DNA of 62,124 nt, counting the filler, from Jimgerdemannia flammicorona (Eukaryota), in assembly GCA_003990765.1 (NCBI GenBank). It is 2 parts of 2 records of this genome, joined end to end, with 100 filler letters (N's around TTAATTAATTAA, not from the genome) between each part and the next. Parts side by side here need not be neighbours in the genome. Positions count along the whole stretch, not along the records: positions 31,123 to 62,124 come from RBNJ01000415.1; 1 more part is not named here. One strand, given 5' to 3'. The notes beneath the pieces are model-generated. The model had not been told where the DNA came from. It saw only the letters and a list, made by a program, of their open reading frames with translations, and made no database searches. Below, piece by piece: positions 51,308 to 62,124 of this stretch (its first letter is position 1; each line of letters begins with the position of its first letter). A program made the translations under genes and the position numbers.

Positions 51308-54300
51308 ATGATGATGAACAGTCTATGTATATTATCACTAAATGTCAATGGTTTGCATGATGGAGTGAAGCAAAGGCATTTGTTCCGGTGGTTGAAGAAC
51401 AGGAAGTATGATGTGGTATTTCTGCAGGATATTCGGGCTTATGGGGAGCAAGATTATGAGGAGTGGAGCAAGGAATGGTATGGTAGTACAGGGTGGAATG
51501 AGCAGGTGGGCATCTTGGTTGGCTTGGGGAGAGGGGAGCTGAAGGAGGTTGAGATATATAGTGATCGATTAGTTTGGGGGAGATTGAAAGGAGGAGCTGG
51601 TGATGGATTGGTGGTTGGCTCTGTATATATACCGGCAGTTGGCAGGGAGCGAAACCAATGGGTGGAAGGTTGGCTGGATTGGGGAGGCCGAGATGAGATT
51701 GGGCTGGACATTCTGGGAGGGGACTTCAACATGGTGCATGATAGGACATTAGATAGGTCGGATGGTGGAGCCGGTGTGGCAGTGTCCACTGGGCTCTCGC
51801 AATGGCTTCAAGCTGAGAAAGAAATGGGATTGGTGGATGGAGTATGACAACATCGAGGTGAGAAGTTAGGGCCATTCACTAGGTGGCATTCGATTGGTGA
51901 GAATTTGGTTGGGACAAGGATTGACTGGATCCTAGTAGCAGAATACTGGGGTAATATTTTGGATTCGTCAGAGGTACAGTGGTGTCCCTGGTCAGATCAC
52001 TGGGGTGTGGAGGTGTGTGGGAGATTCCAGGCAGCCAGTGGTAGCGGAGGCAGATGGCGACTTAATGTGGTACTACTCAAGAGACAGGTGGAGCAGGAAA
52101 AGTTGGTTATAATTGTAAGACAGGAAGTAGCATGGTGGAAGAACAGTGGCCAGTCAATAGCACAGTGGTGGGGGAAATTTAAACATCTAGCAGGTGCATA
52201 CTGGCATGACATAGGAGAGGTAGCTGGAAGGGAGCAGAAGGATAGAGAAAGGAGAGTGGAGTGGGGGTTTTGCTGGCAGCTAAAACTTCTGGAAGGAGAG
52301 AACACCTCAGGGGAGTGATACTTCCTATTGATCAAGGAGGTGGCAGAGTTGCAGTCGGATTTGAAGGCAGCAGAAGATAGGGTGGTGGATGGGTTACTGG
52401 CAAGATTGCGAGCAAAGCGGTTGGAAGAAGGGGAGCGACCCACCAAATACTTATCCAGAATCTTGAAGGCTAGGAGAGTGTGGCACAGCTGGGCTTCGGT
52501 GTTGCGAGAGGATGGAACAGAGGTGACAGACATCGCCGATATGCTTGGGGAGGTTTCTGGTCAATGGTGCTCTCTATGGCAGGATGAGGGAGGGCTAGTA
52601 GAGGGAGAGGCGGTGCTGGAGGACAACAAAAATTTGGTTGGCAGCTGGCCAGTGGTGGCAGAGCCTGCAATCGGTGGGGCTGTAATGGGTAGGGTGACCC
52701 TTGAAGAGGTGTTGGAGGTTCTGAGGAGAGTGCAGGTGGGCTCGTCACCTGGGGAGGATGGACTGCCCTGGGAGTTCTGGAAGGAGTTTCAAGTTGAGTT
52801 TGGGGCATGGCTCATGGAAATGGTGAACTTCACACTGGGGGTAGGCTGCTGGATAGGCAATGGCTCCTTGGGACTAGTCTCTCTGCTCTAAAAGGAGAAA
52901 GGGGATAGGCATGTGTGGCAGAACTGGAGGCCCATCATGTTACTGAATGTGGATAGGAAGTTGGTCTCCAAGATTCTGGCAGAGAGAATGCAACAATGGA
53001 TTGGCAGATTGGTTGGTGAGGAACAGCGAGGGTTTGTGAAGGGGAGACAGATTCGAGACAGCACTGCCTGGGTGCAAAATGTTTTGGAAGGTTGTAGAAG
53101 CCAGCAAGTAGATGGAAGAATGGTGTTTTTGGACCAGGAAAAGGCTTACAACAGGGTGAGGTGGAACTACATGGAGGCAGTCCTACGGAAAGCCAGGTTT
53201 GGTATGGGGGAGGCTCAAAAACTGATGGGTCTGGTGCAAGGTTGCTGGGCTGCAGTGCTGATGAATGGGTGGAGTGGTCTGGAGTTTTCCTTAGGGTGAG
53301 GAGTGCCACAGGGGGATCCTCTCTCACCCCTGCTCTATATTTTATCCTTGGAGCCCTTGTTGGCATGGCTGAAGGGGAGGCTTACCGGGTTGAAGATGGG
53401 GGAGGTGGTCTGGAAGCTGGGGGCATTTGCGGATGACATGGTGGTAGGGTTAGGCAGTGTGGAAGATGTGGTGAGCTTGCAGGAAGGGGTAGGACAGTAT
53501 GAGATGCTGGCAGGGGCGAAATTGAACTGGGGCAAGTGCGAGACCATGGAGCTTGGAGCAGGCTTGGGGGAGCATGGACATTTTAGACATTTAGTTGGTT
53601 CGGGGGAGGCAGTTCGATATTTGGATAACTGGTTCTTAGTATATCGGATGGTGCTGCTGAAAGAGTGGTGGTGTGGATTGATACAAAAGTGGGAGAATGC
53701 CTTGGTGGGCTGGTCTGGGAGGGGATTTTCCTTGGTTGGGAGGATTGTAGTCTTGAATGTATATTGGTTACCAAAGCTGTAGTACTTGGAGTATTATCTG
53801 GACTTCCCAGGATGGGTGGTACAGGAACTGAAGAAGGTGGTTGAAGGATGGCTATAGTAAGGAAGGAGATCACAGATTAGTTGGGAGATAATGGTAATGC
53901 CAAAGACAGATGGAGGGCTGGGGTTGGTGGACTTTAGAAGGTAGCTGAAGGTACTTCGGGGCTGGTGGGGTCATTGAATGGTGGAACTAGGAGGGGAGGG
54001 TTGGAGCAAACTGGCTTTGGACAATTGGGAAGTTAGGTTCTGCCCCAGAGTGAGATTTGGAAGGATATGCAAGGTTTGCTCCAGGTTGGAATAGTTGGCA
54101 GGTTGCGCTATTGGGGATTCTGGTGGGGTATTGTAGAAGTTTGGTTAGCGATGGGGCTTATGGGCCCAGAGCCTGGCAGTGAAGGAGAGGACCCAGAACA
54201 GTGATGGTGGCAAATTTGGTGTGATTCCTATTGGCAGCCACCCTTTGGCAGAATATTCTTTGACTGGGGTGATGGAGTGGATATGGACAGGACTGCTCGA

Positions 54301-54943
54301 GAGGTGGCCAGTTGGTTGGCAGAAGGCTGGGTTTGGAGAAGAGTGGGAGTGGGGCCAAATTTGGAGTTGGGGGACCTCTCTACTCAAGATAGCCCCACCT
54401 AAGCTCCGGGTGGTATGGTGGTGATTTTTGTGAAGGAATGTCATACTGGGGTACAGGATGGGGTGGATGGTGGAGGAAGGTGTAAAGGAGTGTGAGTGGT
54501 GTTGTAAGCTGGATGGGGGAGTAGTGCAGATGCCAGAGCATATTCTGGCGGATTGCCCAGGGGTTGAAGGATTTTTGCAGACATTAGAAGGTTATTGGGG
54601 AGTAGAGAGTGAGCAGGCAGGGGGCCCCACTTGTCAGGTGATCAAGCATCGACTGGTGGGAGAAATTGGGGACATCTGGGGAGGCCTGGGTCGGATTATC
54701 GGCATCTGGGTGCTGATGGCAGTGCACTGGTGATGGGTGTTCGAGAGAGATCCTTGGATGGGAATTGGAGAACTGGTGGAGTGGTGGAAGGGGTTGCTCT
54801 TGGAAGTAGTGCAAGGGTGGTGGTATCAGGGGAAGAGGCACCAGTTGAGTGCCATGAGGAAGGTGTTGGACATTGTCCAGAGAAGTCAGGAGCACCTCGT
54901 ACTTGGTGAGAAGGGGGTGAGGTGGAAAGAAGGTGTAGGCTGA
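51308..54943 (+). pseudogene. LINE ORF2: APE endonuclease, RT, C-terminal Cys/His domain, with several stops
   Basis: SLNVNGL, GGDFN, TRIDWIL, SDH; SSPGEDG, NWRPIMLLN, DQEKAY, PQGDPLSP, FADD; CEWC..EHILADC. Confidence 0.93.
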
Positions 54944-56347
54944 AGGGCCCTTCCTTGCTTTATTATTAAATAGTGGAGGAATGGGTTCATTGTTGTTCCA
55001 GGGTAATTGAGGGGAACATGGATAATGTAATTCTATAGACTAGTGGAATAAAGGAGTCCAAGTGACTATAAAAAAAAAAAAAAAAAAAAAAGGTATTCCA
55101 ATTTGGTGCTGCCATAATTTGTCTGCTGCTGATTGGTAGCTTAGCTTGCATAAGTTATTAAAATGTATTGTTGGTCAGATCCTTCCTAGGCTAGAACTGC
55201 TCTAAGGCCATCTTTGGAAGTATCTGTATATAGAATAAATAGCTTCTATAGATTCAGCCAAATAAGAATTGATGCTGTAGTCATGTGGTGCTTCAGTTCT
55301 TTGAAGGCTTTCTCTTGTGATTCTGTCCATTTATAAGGTACTCCTTTCTTGAGAAGGATTCAGATTGGGGCAGTGATTGGGCAAAGTCTTTGATAAATCT
55401 TCTATAGTAGAACACTAGTATCAGAAATGATAGTATTTCCTTTGGGGTCTTGCATACTGGCCAATTGATAATCTTCTTGGTCTTCTTTAGATCTGCATGA
55501 GTCTTTTCTTTCAAAACTATGAATCTAAGGAATTTAATTTTCTGTTTTCCAAAGTAGTATTTCTTGGTATTGAGTCTCAGGTGATTCTTGCAGGTGAGCT
55601 TGAATAATTCTTCTAAGTAGTACAGGTATTCCTTGAAATTTGTAAATAGATATTTGAATCATCTATATATACAATTAGGCAGTAGAGTATCAGTGGACCA
55701 TAGACTGAGTTCATCATTCTCTAGAAGGTGGGAGATATATTGCAAAGTCCAAAGGGCATTCAGAGGTACTCCAACAGTTTTCTAGAGCAGAGTTCCTTCT
55801 TTTGAAATCACAAATCCTAGGAATTCGAGTTTCTGTTTTCCAAAATAGCATTTCTTTGCATTCAGTCTCAAGTGATTCTTGCAGGTGAGCTTGAAGAATT
55901 CCTCTAGGTGGTGCAGGTATTCTTCAAAATTTGCTGAATAGATGTTGGAATCATCCATGTATACAATCAGACAGTGGTGGATCAAGGGAGCGTAGACTGA
56001 ATTCATCATCCTCTGGAAGGTGGGGGGTGCATTGCAAAGTCTAAAGGGCATTCGGAGGTATTCAAACAGTTTCCCTAGAGCAAGGAAGGCTGTCTTTTGA
56101 ATGTCCTTGGGGTCCATGGGGATCTCATGGAATCCTGCGAAGAGGTCCATACTGCTGAAGTATCTGGTATCTTGTAACTGGTCCAAAAGGTCATCGATTC
56201 TGGGTAAAGGATAAGCATCCTTTTCAGTGACTGAGTTGAGTTTTCTGTAATCCACACAGAGTCTCCATCCTCCTTTCTTTGGTAATACTAATTGTTCACG
56301 TCATCTGGCTAAGTTATAATTCAGGTAGTATGTTTTGGTCTGTTATA

Positions 56348-56902
56348 TCAGCCCCCACTGAAGGATAGTCTGTCCCAGACTGTTCTTCAGTCATCATCCC
56401 AATAAGCATAGGCTGCTTCTGCATCTATATCTGTTCCATCATCTTCATTATCTGTACTAGGGTCACTCTATTCTATGGGCTCTTCTTTTTCTTCAGGGAA
56501 TAGAATTTTGACAGAATTGATGATGTTCAGATAGGTAGTAGGGTTCATTCCTTGAATGTCATTCAGAGAGAACTGTACCTGTGTCAGAGATGTGACATTT
56601 AATTTGTAAATGGTGTATAGTCTGTCTGCAGCAGTAGTGTCTCTTCTGGTCAGACCTATGGTGTTCCTGATGTAGGTCTGCTCTGGGGCTGGAAGGTTCT
56701 GCAATTGTTTGCCAATTATGTAATAGGCCTGCAGTTGGTGGATTTGTAGTAAGTGCCTGGCCAAGGTGAGATTTTCTTAGTGAACTTGGATCTTCTGAAG
56801 GGGGTTTCCATAGGCTTGGCTGAATTGAGGTAGAGGAACTAGTAGGGCTTGAAAGGAGCTGAGGACTAATGTCAGGAGGTGCTGATCAATCCTTTGGCTC
56901 AT
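56348..56902 (-). pseudogene. Uncharacterised ORF of about 185 codons between integrase and PPT of Gypsy E
   Basis: ATG overlaps the end of integrase and the frame runs to a TGA in the PPT with three internal stops. A homologous frame exists in element D. Confidence 0.65.
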
Positions 56903-59782
56903 GGTGCAGGGGAAAATATAGTTTGAGACAATTGATGTATACTGGTGTTCTCAGGGTTCATCCATCCATGCTTCTTAAATAGATGCTGGTTCCTCTAATG
57001 TTGTGTATAAGATAAGGTTCTTTCCATTTGGGTTCCAATTTGGCAGCAAAATTTATTTCAATCATACTTCTCCAAACTAGTACTTAATCTCCAATCTTGA
57101 TCTCCTGATCCTTCTGTTTCTGGTTGTAATACTTCTTTTGTCTTTCTTGGACTTTGATAATCTGACCTCAGGCTTGATTACATAACTGTTCTGCCTTTTT
57201 GAAGAGGTCTCCAAGATTCTCATGGTCAGTAGTTCTGGTCTTTTTGATGAACATCATTTTGAATGGCTTTTGTCTGGTGGAGACAGCAGGGTGTTCCAAA
57301 TTTCCCATAGGATCTTGAGTAAGCAGAGGTCCCAATTGGTAGGATTGACTCAGGTAAGTTCTTTCTTGATAGTCTGGTTCATTCTTTCTGTCATGCCATT
57401 GATCTGAGAGTAGTATAATGTGGTCCATTTGAGGTGGATCTTGTGAATTCAGGTATAACTTGTGATTATATTATTGATAAATTCTGTGCCTTGGTCAGAA
57501 ATGAGTTCTTCTGGAGGTCTATATCTGAGTGTGAGTCTAAGGAGAAGGCCTACAATGGTTAAGGCATCTGTGATCTCTATTGGGAAAGCCTCAGGCCACT
57601 TGGTCAGATGTTCTACAAATACAAGGATGTATTTGTTTCTTCTTTGTACAACTGGTAGAGGTCTGATTACATCTATTCACTATCTTTGAAAGATATGAGT
57701 AGGTGGGGGAATTGGTTGCAGAGGGGCTTGATAGTTCTTCTTTCCTTGGTACTTCTGGCAGATGTCACATTTCTGAATGATGTCTTGGACTTATGCTCTG
57801 AGGTGGGGCCAATGTTGATATTGTTTTCGAATCTTGTCTTCTGTACTTGTCCATCCTTGGTAGGCTTTCTGATGTTCTTTTCGGATAAGATCTTCTTGTG
57901 TCTTAATAGTCTGAGGGGTTTCCTTTAGGGTATAGTTCCTTGGGACACCCTTCTTCTGATTCATTGGGGCTGGTGGGAAAGTGCATCAACATTGTTGTAG
58001 GCTTTCTCTACTTTGTAGATAATGGTGATTTTGTCATCCTAAAGGTTAAGGATCCAGCAGGCTAGGATTCTGGTGGGTTCCTTGTGGTTGAATAGCCATT
58101 TGAGGGCTGCATGGTCTGTGATCAGGGTGAACCTTTTTCCAATAAGATAATGCTTGAACAGGGTGACTGCCCATATGACTGCAAGACATTCTAGTTTGGT
58201 GTTACCATAGTTCATCTACTGCTGATTGATAGCTCTACTTGCATAAGCTATCACATGGTGCTGTTGATCAGGTCCTTCTTGGACTAGAACTGCTCTAAGG
58301 CCATCTTTGGAAGCATCTGTATACAAGATGAATGGCTTCTGTAGATTGGGGTGCACAAGGATTGGTGCTGTGGTCATGTAGTTCTTTAGTTCTTGGAAGG
58401 CTGTTTCTTGTGATTCTGTCCACTTAAATGGCACTCCTTTCTTGAGAAGGATTTGGATTGGAGCAGCGATCTGGGCAAAGTTGTGGATAAACCTTCTGTA
58501 GTAGGATACAAGTATCAGAAATGATAATATTTCCTTCAGGGTCTTGGGTACTGGCCAATTGTTAATCTTCTCAGTTTTCTTCAGGTCTGCATGGGTTCCT
58601 TCTTTCAAAACCATAAATCCAAGGAATTCAAGTTTCTGTTTCCCAAAGTAGCATTTCTTTACATTCAATCTCAAGTGGTTCTTGTGAGTGAGTTTGAAGA
58701 ATTCCTCTAGATAGTAAAGGTGTTCTTCAAAATTTGCTGAATAGATGTTGGAATCATCCATATATACAATTAGGCAGTGGTGGATCAAGGGGGCATAGAC
58801 TGAATTCATCATCCTCTAGAATGTAGGGGGTGCATTGCAAAGTCCAAAGAGCATTCAGAGGTACTTGAACAGTTTTTCTAGAGCAAGGAAGGCTGTCATT
58901 TGAATGTCCTTGGGGTCAATGGGAATCTCATGGAATCCTGCAAAGAGGTCTATATTACTAAAGTATTTTGTATCTTGTAACTGATCCAAAAGGTCATCTA
59001 TTCTGGGCAAAGAATAGGCATCCTTTTTGGTGACTTAAATGAGTTTTCTGTAATCCACACAGAGTCTCCATCCTCCTCTCTTTGGTACAATAAGTATAGG
59101 GCTGGCCCAGGGGCTGGTAGAGGGTCGGATGACTCCATTGTCTAAGAGTTCTTGGATGTGCTCTTTTTTGAATGTTTTGAAGTAGTGGGGTATTCTATAG
59201 GGTTTCTGCCGGATGGGTGTTGCATTTCCTGTATTTATGCTGTGGTGATATGATGGATTGTATGGCAGGTTGCCATAATCAGTAGTGAAGATATCTTGAT
59301 ATTTGTTGAGGAGTTCTACTAGTTGTTGCTGTTGTTGAGGTGTCAATTCTTCTCCAATGTTGGTGGAAGGCTTCACTGTCTCCTGGGTCACAGAGGGGCC
59401 TTTCCTTTCTTCTGGGACCTTTTGCCATTTCCTGATAGGTTTAGTTCATAAACTTCCCTATGAGTTTGGTTGAGAAAAGGCACCAGATGTCCTATGATGG
59501 TTCCTTTTGGCAAGATAATGGTCTCCCAACTTTGGTTGGTTGCTTGGGAGTGTACCAGGTTCATCTTGTCAGGAAATGTGTGTCCCTCTATGTCCAGGTG
59601 TGGAATATCTTCCTTGGATTCAAAGAAAAGGTTTCTGGGGTCAGGTGGTGCAAAGATTTCGAAGGTAGCTTGTTCTCCTGGCTCCAGGATAAGATTCTTG
59701 TGCAGTCTGACTGGTTGTTGGTATACTTACTGGGGAGCATTCCTCTTAAGGTGGTTGACTTGAAGGAGATGTACTTTCTTTC

Positions 59783-60185
59783 TATCTGAACTTCTGAATC
59801 TCTTGGCTTGTCTTGTTCCTTCAGTTAGTTCAGAGACTTCTTGTAACTGTGGGGTCTTGACCTTCATGAAGACTGCTTGGGCAATCTTCTGTCCTCTAAT
59901 GATTCGGTGCCATTCTGCACTGCTGTTGTATAAGATAACCTTGATTTCGCCTATATATCCTGAGTCAATGGTTCCTCCTTCCACAGTTATTTCTTGTCTG
60001 GCAAGTTTGGGCCTTGAGGTCAGTTGGATGTAAGATCCTTGGGGTGGCTGTATGGCGAATCCAGTTCTGATCATGAAGGTTTTTCTGGGCTTGATAGATT
60101 CGTCCTCCAGACTGTGAAGATCATATCCCACATCCCCTGGGTGGGTTTTAGTCAGGGGTTTAGCTTTGGGGTGCAGCAGGGCATA
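59783..60185 (-). pseudogene. dUTPase domain between protease and RT of Gypsy E
   Basis: Motifs GDVGYDL, SRPKLA, GTIDSGYIGE, GQKIAQ, RQAKRFRSS. Confidence 0.9.
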
Positions 60186-61778
60186 CTGGGCAATATCCTT
60201 GCTGGGTTTGGGCTTTCCTAAGGCTGAAGCTCTACTAGTGGAGAGCCTCCAAGCTCTGAGGTTGAGGTGTGGCCATCTGGCTCCAGTGGAAGGGTCTCAG
60301 TGGTAGTTAATTCCCCTTCTTCCTATAGGGTCTAGGGCTTCTATGAAGTTGGTGGCATCTTCTGCCCATCCTTAGTGATTTGCATGTCTGATGAGAGCTG
60401 TGGTGTCTTCTCCCAAATAGTAGATCTTGAGGATTCTTCTTCCTGGCTTCTTGGTCTGACTTTTTTGGATCTGGCTTCAGTTATCTCCTCTCTTCAAGGT
60501 GTGGACTACAACATCATGGCTGAGATGGATCTTCTGGTGCCTGCAGTCTTGGCAGTCAGGTTGTCTTCCATGGTTGCAATATTCCATTACTTGGAAATGA
60601 TATTCCCAGCTGTTTATCTCCAGTTGTCTTGGGAATTGGTGGTCATCTTGATCATAAGTTGGGAGAAGGGTAGACAAGGGGTATATTTTTGTTTGGGTGA
60701 AGAAACCTTGTCCTCTAAATTGACTTTGTAATCTTGTGGTAACTTCTTGAAAGGTGGTTGACTGCACAAGTGTAGTAGGGGGTTCTGGTCTCTGGGGTCT
60801 CTGTCTTTCTTATTGGTCCAACAGATGACACTGAAAGCAGTAGTCTCAGGGAGAGTGAAAGACCATTTGGTGTAGACATCTTCTTAGCCGAAAGGCTTTT
60901 TCTTGATGAGTTTCTTTCTTTGAAATAATGGTGATTGTGCTGGGTCCTTCTTCTATATTCCAAGAGTCATTATCTTTGGGTGGTGTCCATTGAGGGTCAT
61001 CCCAGGGAATGAGTCCAGGGACTTCTTCCTCCTTGGGTACTTCTTGTTCAGGAACTTCTTGGTCAGAAGTTTCTTCTTCCTCAGATGATTCTTGACCCCA
61101 AATTGCTTGTACTTCTGCAGCTTTGGTTGCCGGTGTTTTGGGAACATATCTGCATTTCTTCTTCTTCCTTCTGCCCTCCAGGCAGGCTGTGACAGGAAAT
61201 TTCCTTATTCCCATAATCTTGGAGGAATGCTTGAGAAACTTGTATCTCTTGAGGCAGGTAGGGCATCCTTTGCGATGGCTCCAATAGTGATAGAGATGGT
61301 GTTCTTGACCCACACATTATCTTCTGGTCTGTCATCCATCTGGTTAATTTGGGGATTGAGTCTGGGATCATTTTCATCTTTGGATTCTTCTTCCTCTTCT
61401 GTAGTAAACTCCTCACTGCTGGCATATTCTTCTTTAATAGTAACCTTCTTCTTTTTCTTTGATTGCTCATAGCTAGTTACCTTAACTCTATATTTCTTGT
61501 CTCGGTAGTCAAACTTGAGTACTTGTTGACTGATATCAACAACTGCATTCATTTCCTTCATCCAGTTGGTGCCAATAATCATATCATAGGTGACAGCTTC
61601 TGTGATGACAGCTTTGGAGATGGAGAACTGAATGTGTCTAAGAGAAATAGTGATGTTTCATACTTTTCCAAGGCGTTGAGTTTGGGCTCCATCTGCTACT
61701 ATGATGCTGAGATTGGATGGTCCATCAATGGGCCATTGAAGGGTATCCAGGAACCGTTTGGCAATGACACAGACAGCT

Positions 61779-62124
61779 GTGGAGAGGCAGCAGTTGAGTA
61801 TAGAGGAGAAGTTGTTGAGATGGGAGGGGTTGATGAGAGATCTGTTGACCAGATAGTGGGTTGGTTGGGGGCCCCAGGGTGGGCAATGACATCATTTGAT
61901 AGAAGGGATCTGTGGACAGAGTGGTGGGTGGGTGGCAATGGTGAATGGCAAAGTGGTCTTTCATCATGTAGGGGTGGAGCCTGGGCCTTGTGGATTTCCC
62001 CAAGCGTCTACACTGCCTGCGAGCTTGGTGGTTGAAAAGGGCTGTTGATCTACAGGGTGGAGGTTGGGTGCCGTTGATGAAGAAGGTGTGGGAGATGAGA
62101 GTCACTCCCCGGGGGTCCACAGGG
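61779..62124 (+). mobile_element. 5'-truncated L1/Tx1-like LINE 3' fragment inserted in the protease of Gypsy E
   Basis: The protease frame breaks where the DxG motif should be. The sequence aligns by eye with 47475-47660 (LL.WE.LM.D.LT..W.GW...IC.QSG). Confidence 0.8.

Larger units (their letters stand above)
49251..55090 (+). mobile_element. Full-length L1/Tx1-like LINE inserted in the RNase H of Gypsy D
   Basis: Perfect TSD AGGTATTCCAATTTGG (49235-49250 and 55091-55106), AATAAA and poly(A) tail, ORF1 plus ORF2. Confidence 0.96.
40346..56290 (-). mobile_element. Ty3/Gypsy element D (3' LTR, env-position ORF, IN, RH, RT; 5'-truncated) hosting two full-length LINEs
   Basis: Colinear with element E once the LINEs are removed. 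IN/RH at 47813-49250, RH/RT at 55091-56290, RT motif YMDD. Confidence 0.85.
56292..61778 (-). mobile_element. Ty3/Gypsy element E (PR, Cys/His spacer, dUTPase, RT, RH, IN, env-position ORF, PPT, LTR stub); same family as D
   Basis: Protease C-terminus [34 protein letters not shown]; RNase H LYTDAS; integrase. AGTGGGGGCTGA followed by a decayed LTR start TATAACA at 56347. Confidence 0.9.

Noticed and set aside
49405..54895. Many Pro/Ser-rich antisense ORFs over the LINEs (also 41906-47412)
   Set aside because: Shadow frames caused by the G-rich sense strand; no recognisable motifs.

Overview
Eukaryotic, transposon-saturated DNA. Intron structure and the host gene families suggest an early-diverging fungus such as Mucoromycota (inference). 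The window is two assembly pieces joined by an artificial spacer at 31023-31122 (N44-TTAATTAATTAA-N44). Host content is one intact 11-exon WD40 gene (26696-30356, -) and the 5' part of a YCR023C/ZIFL1-type MFS transporter gene broken by a frameshift and a LINE insertion (32426-33204, -). The rest is mostly nested, C-to-T-decayed mobile DNA: five Ty3/Gypsy elements or remnants, seven L1/Tx1-like LINE insertions (two full-length with target-site duplications), a decayed IS3EU/IS481-like integrase-core transposase, and a roughly 10 kb head-to-head palindrome of two endonuclease-less Penelope-like elements. The strongest leads are: (1) the Penelope palindrome, which folds back exactly at a hairpin in its own terminal repeat and is flanked by a roughly 2.2 kb direct duplication of the target; (2) Gypsy elements carrying dUTPase at two different polyprotein positions; (3) uncharacterised Gypsy accessory modules, namely CxH...CxxC fingers, an ORF at the env position and an ORF inside the LTR. 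All calls were made by eye and no database searches were run.
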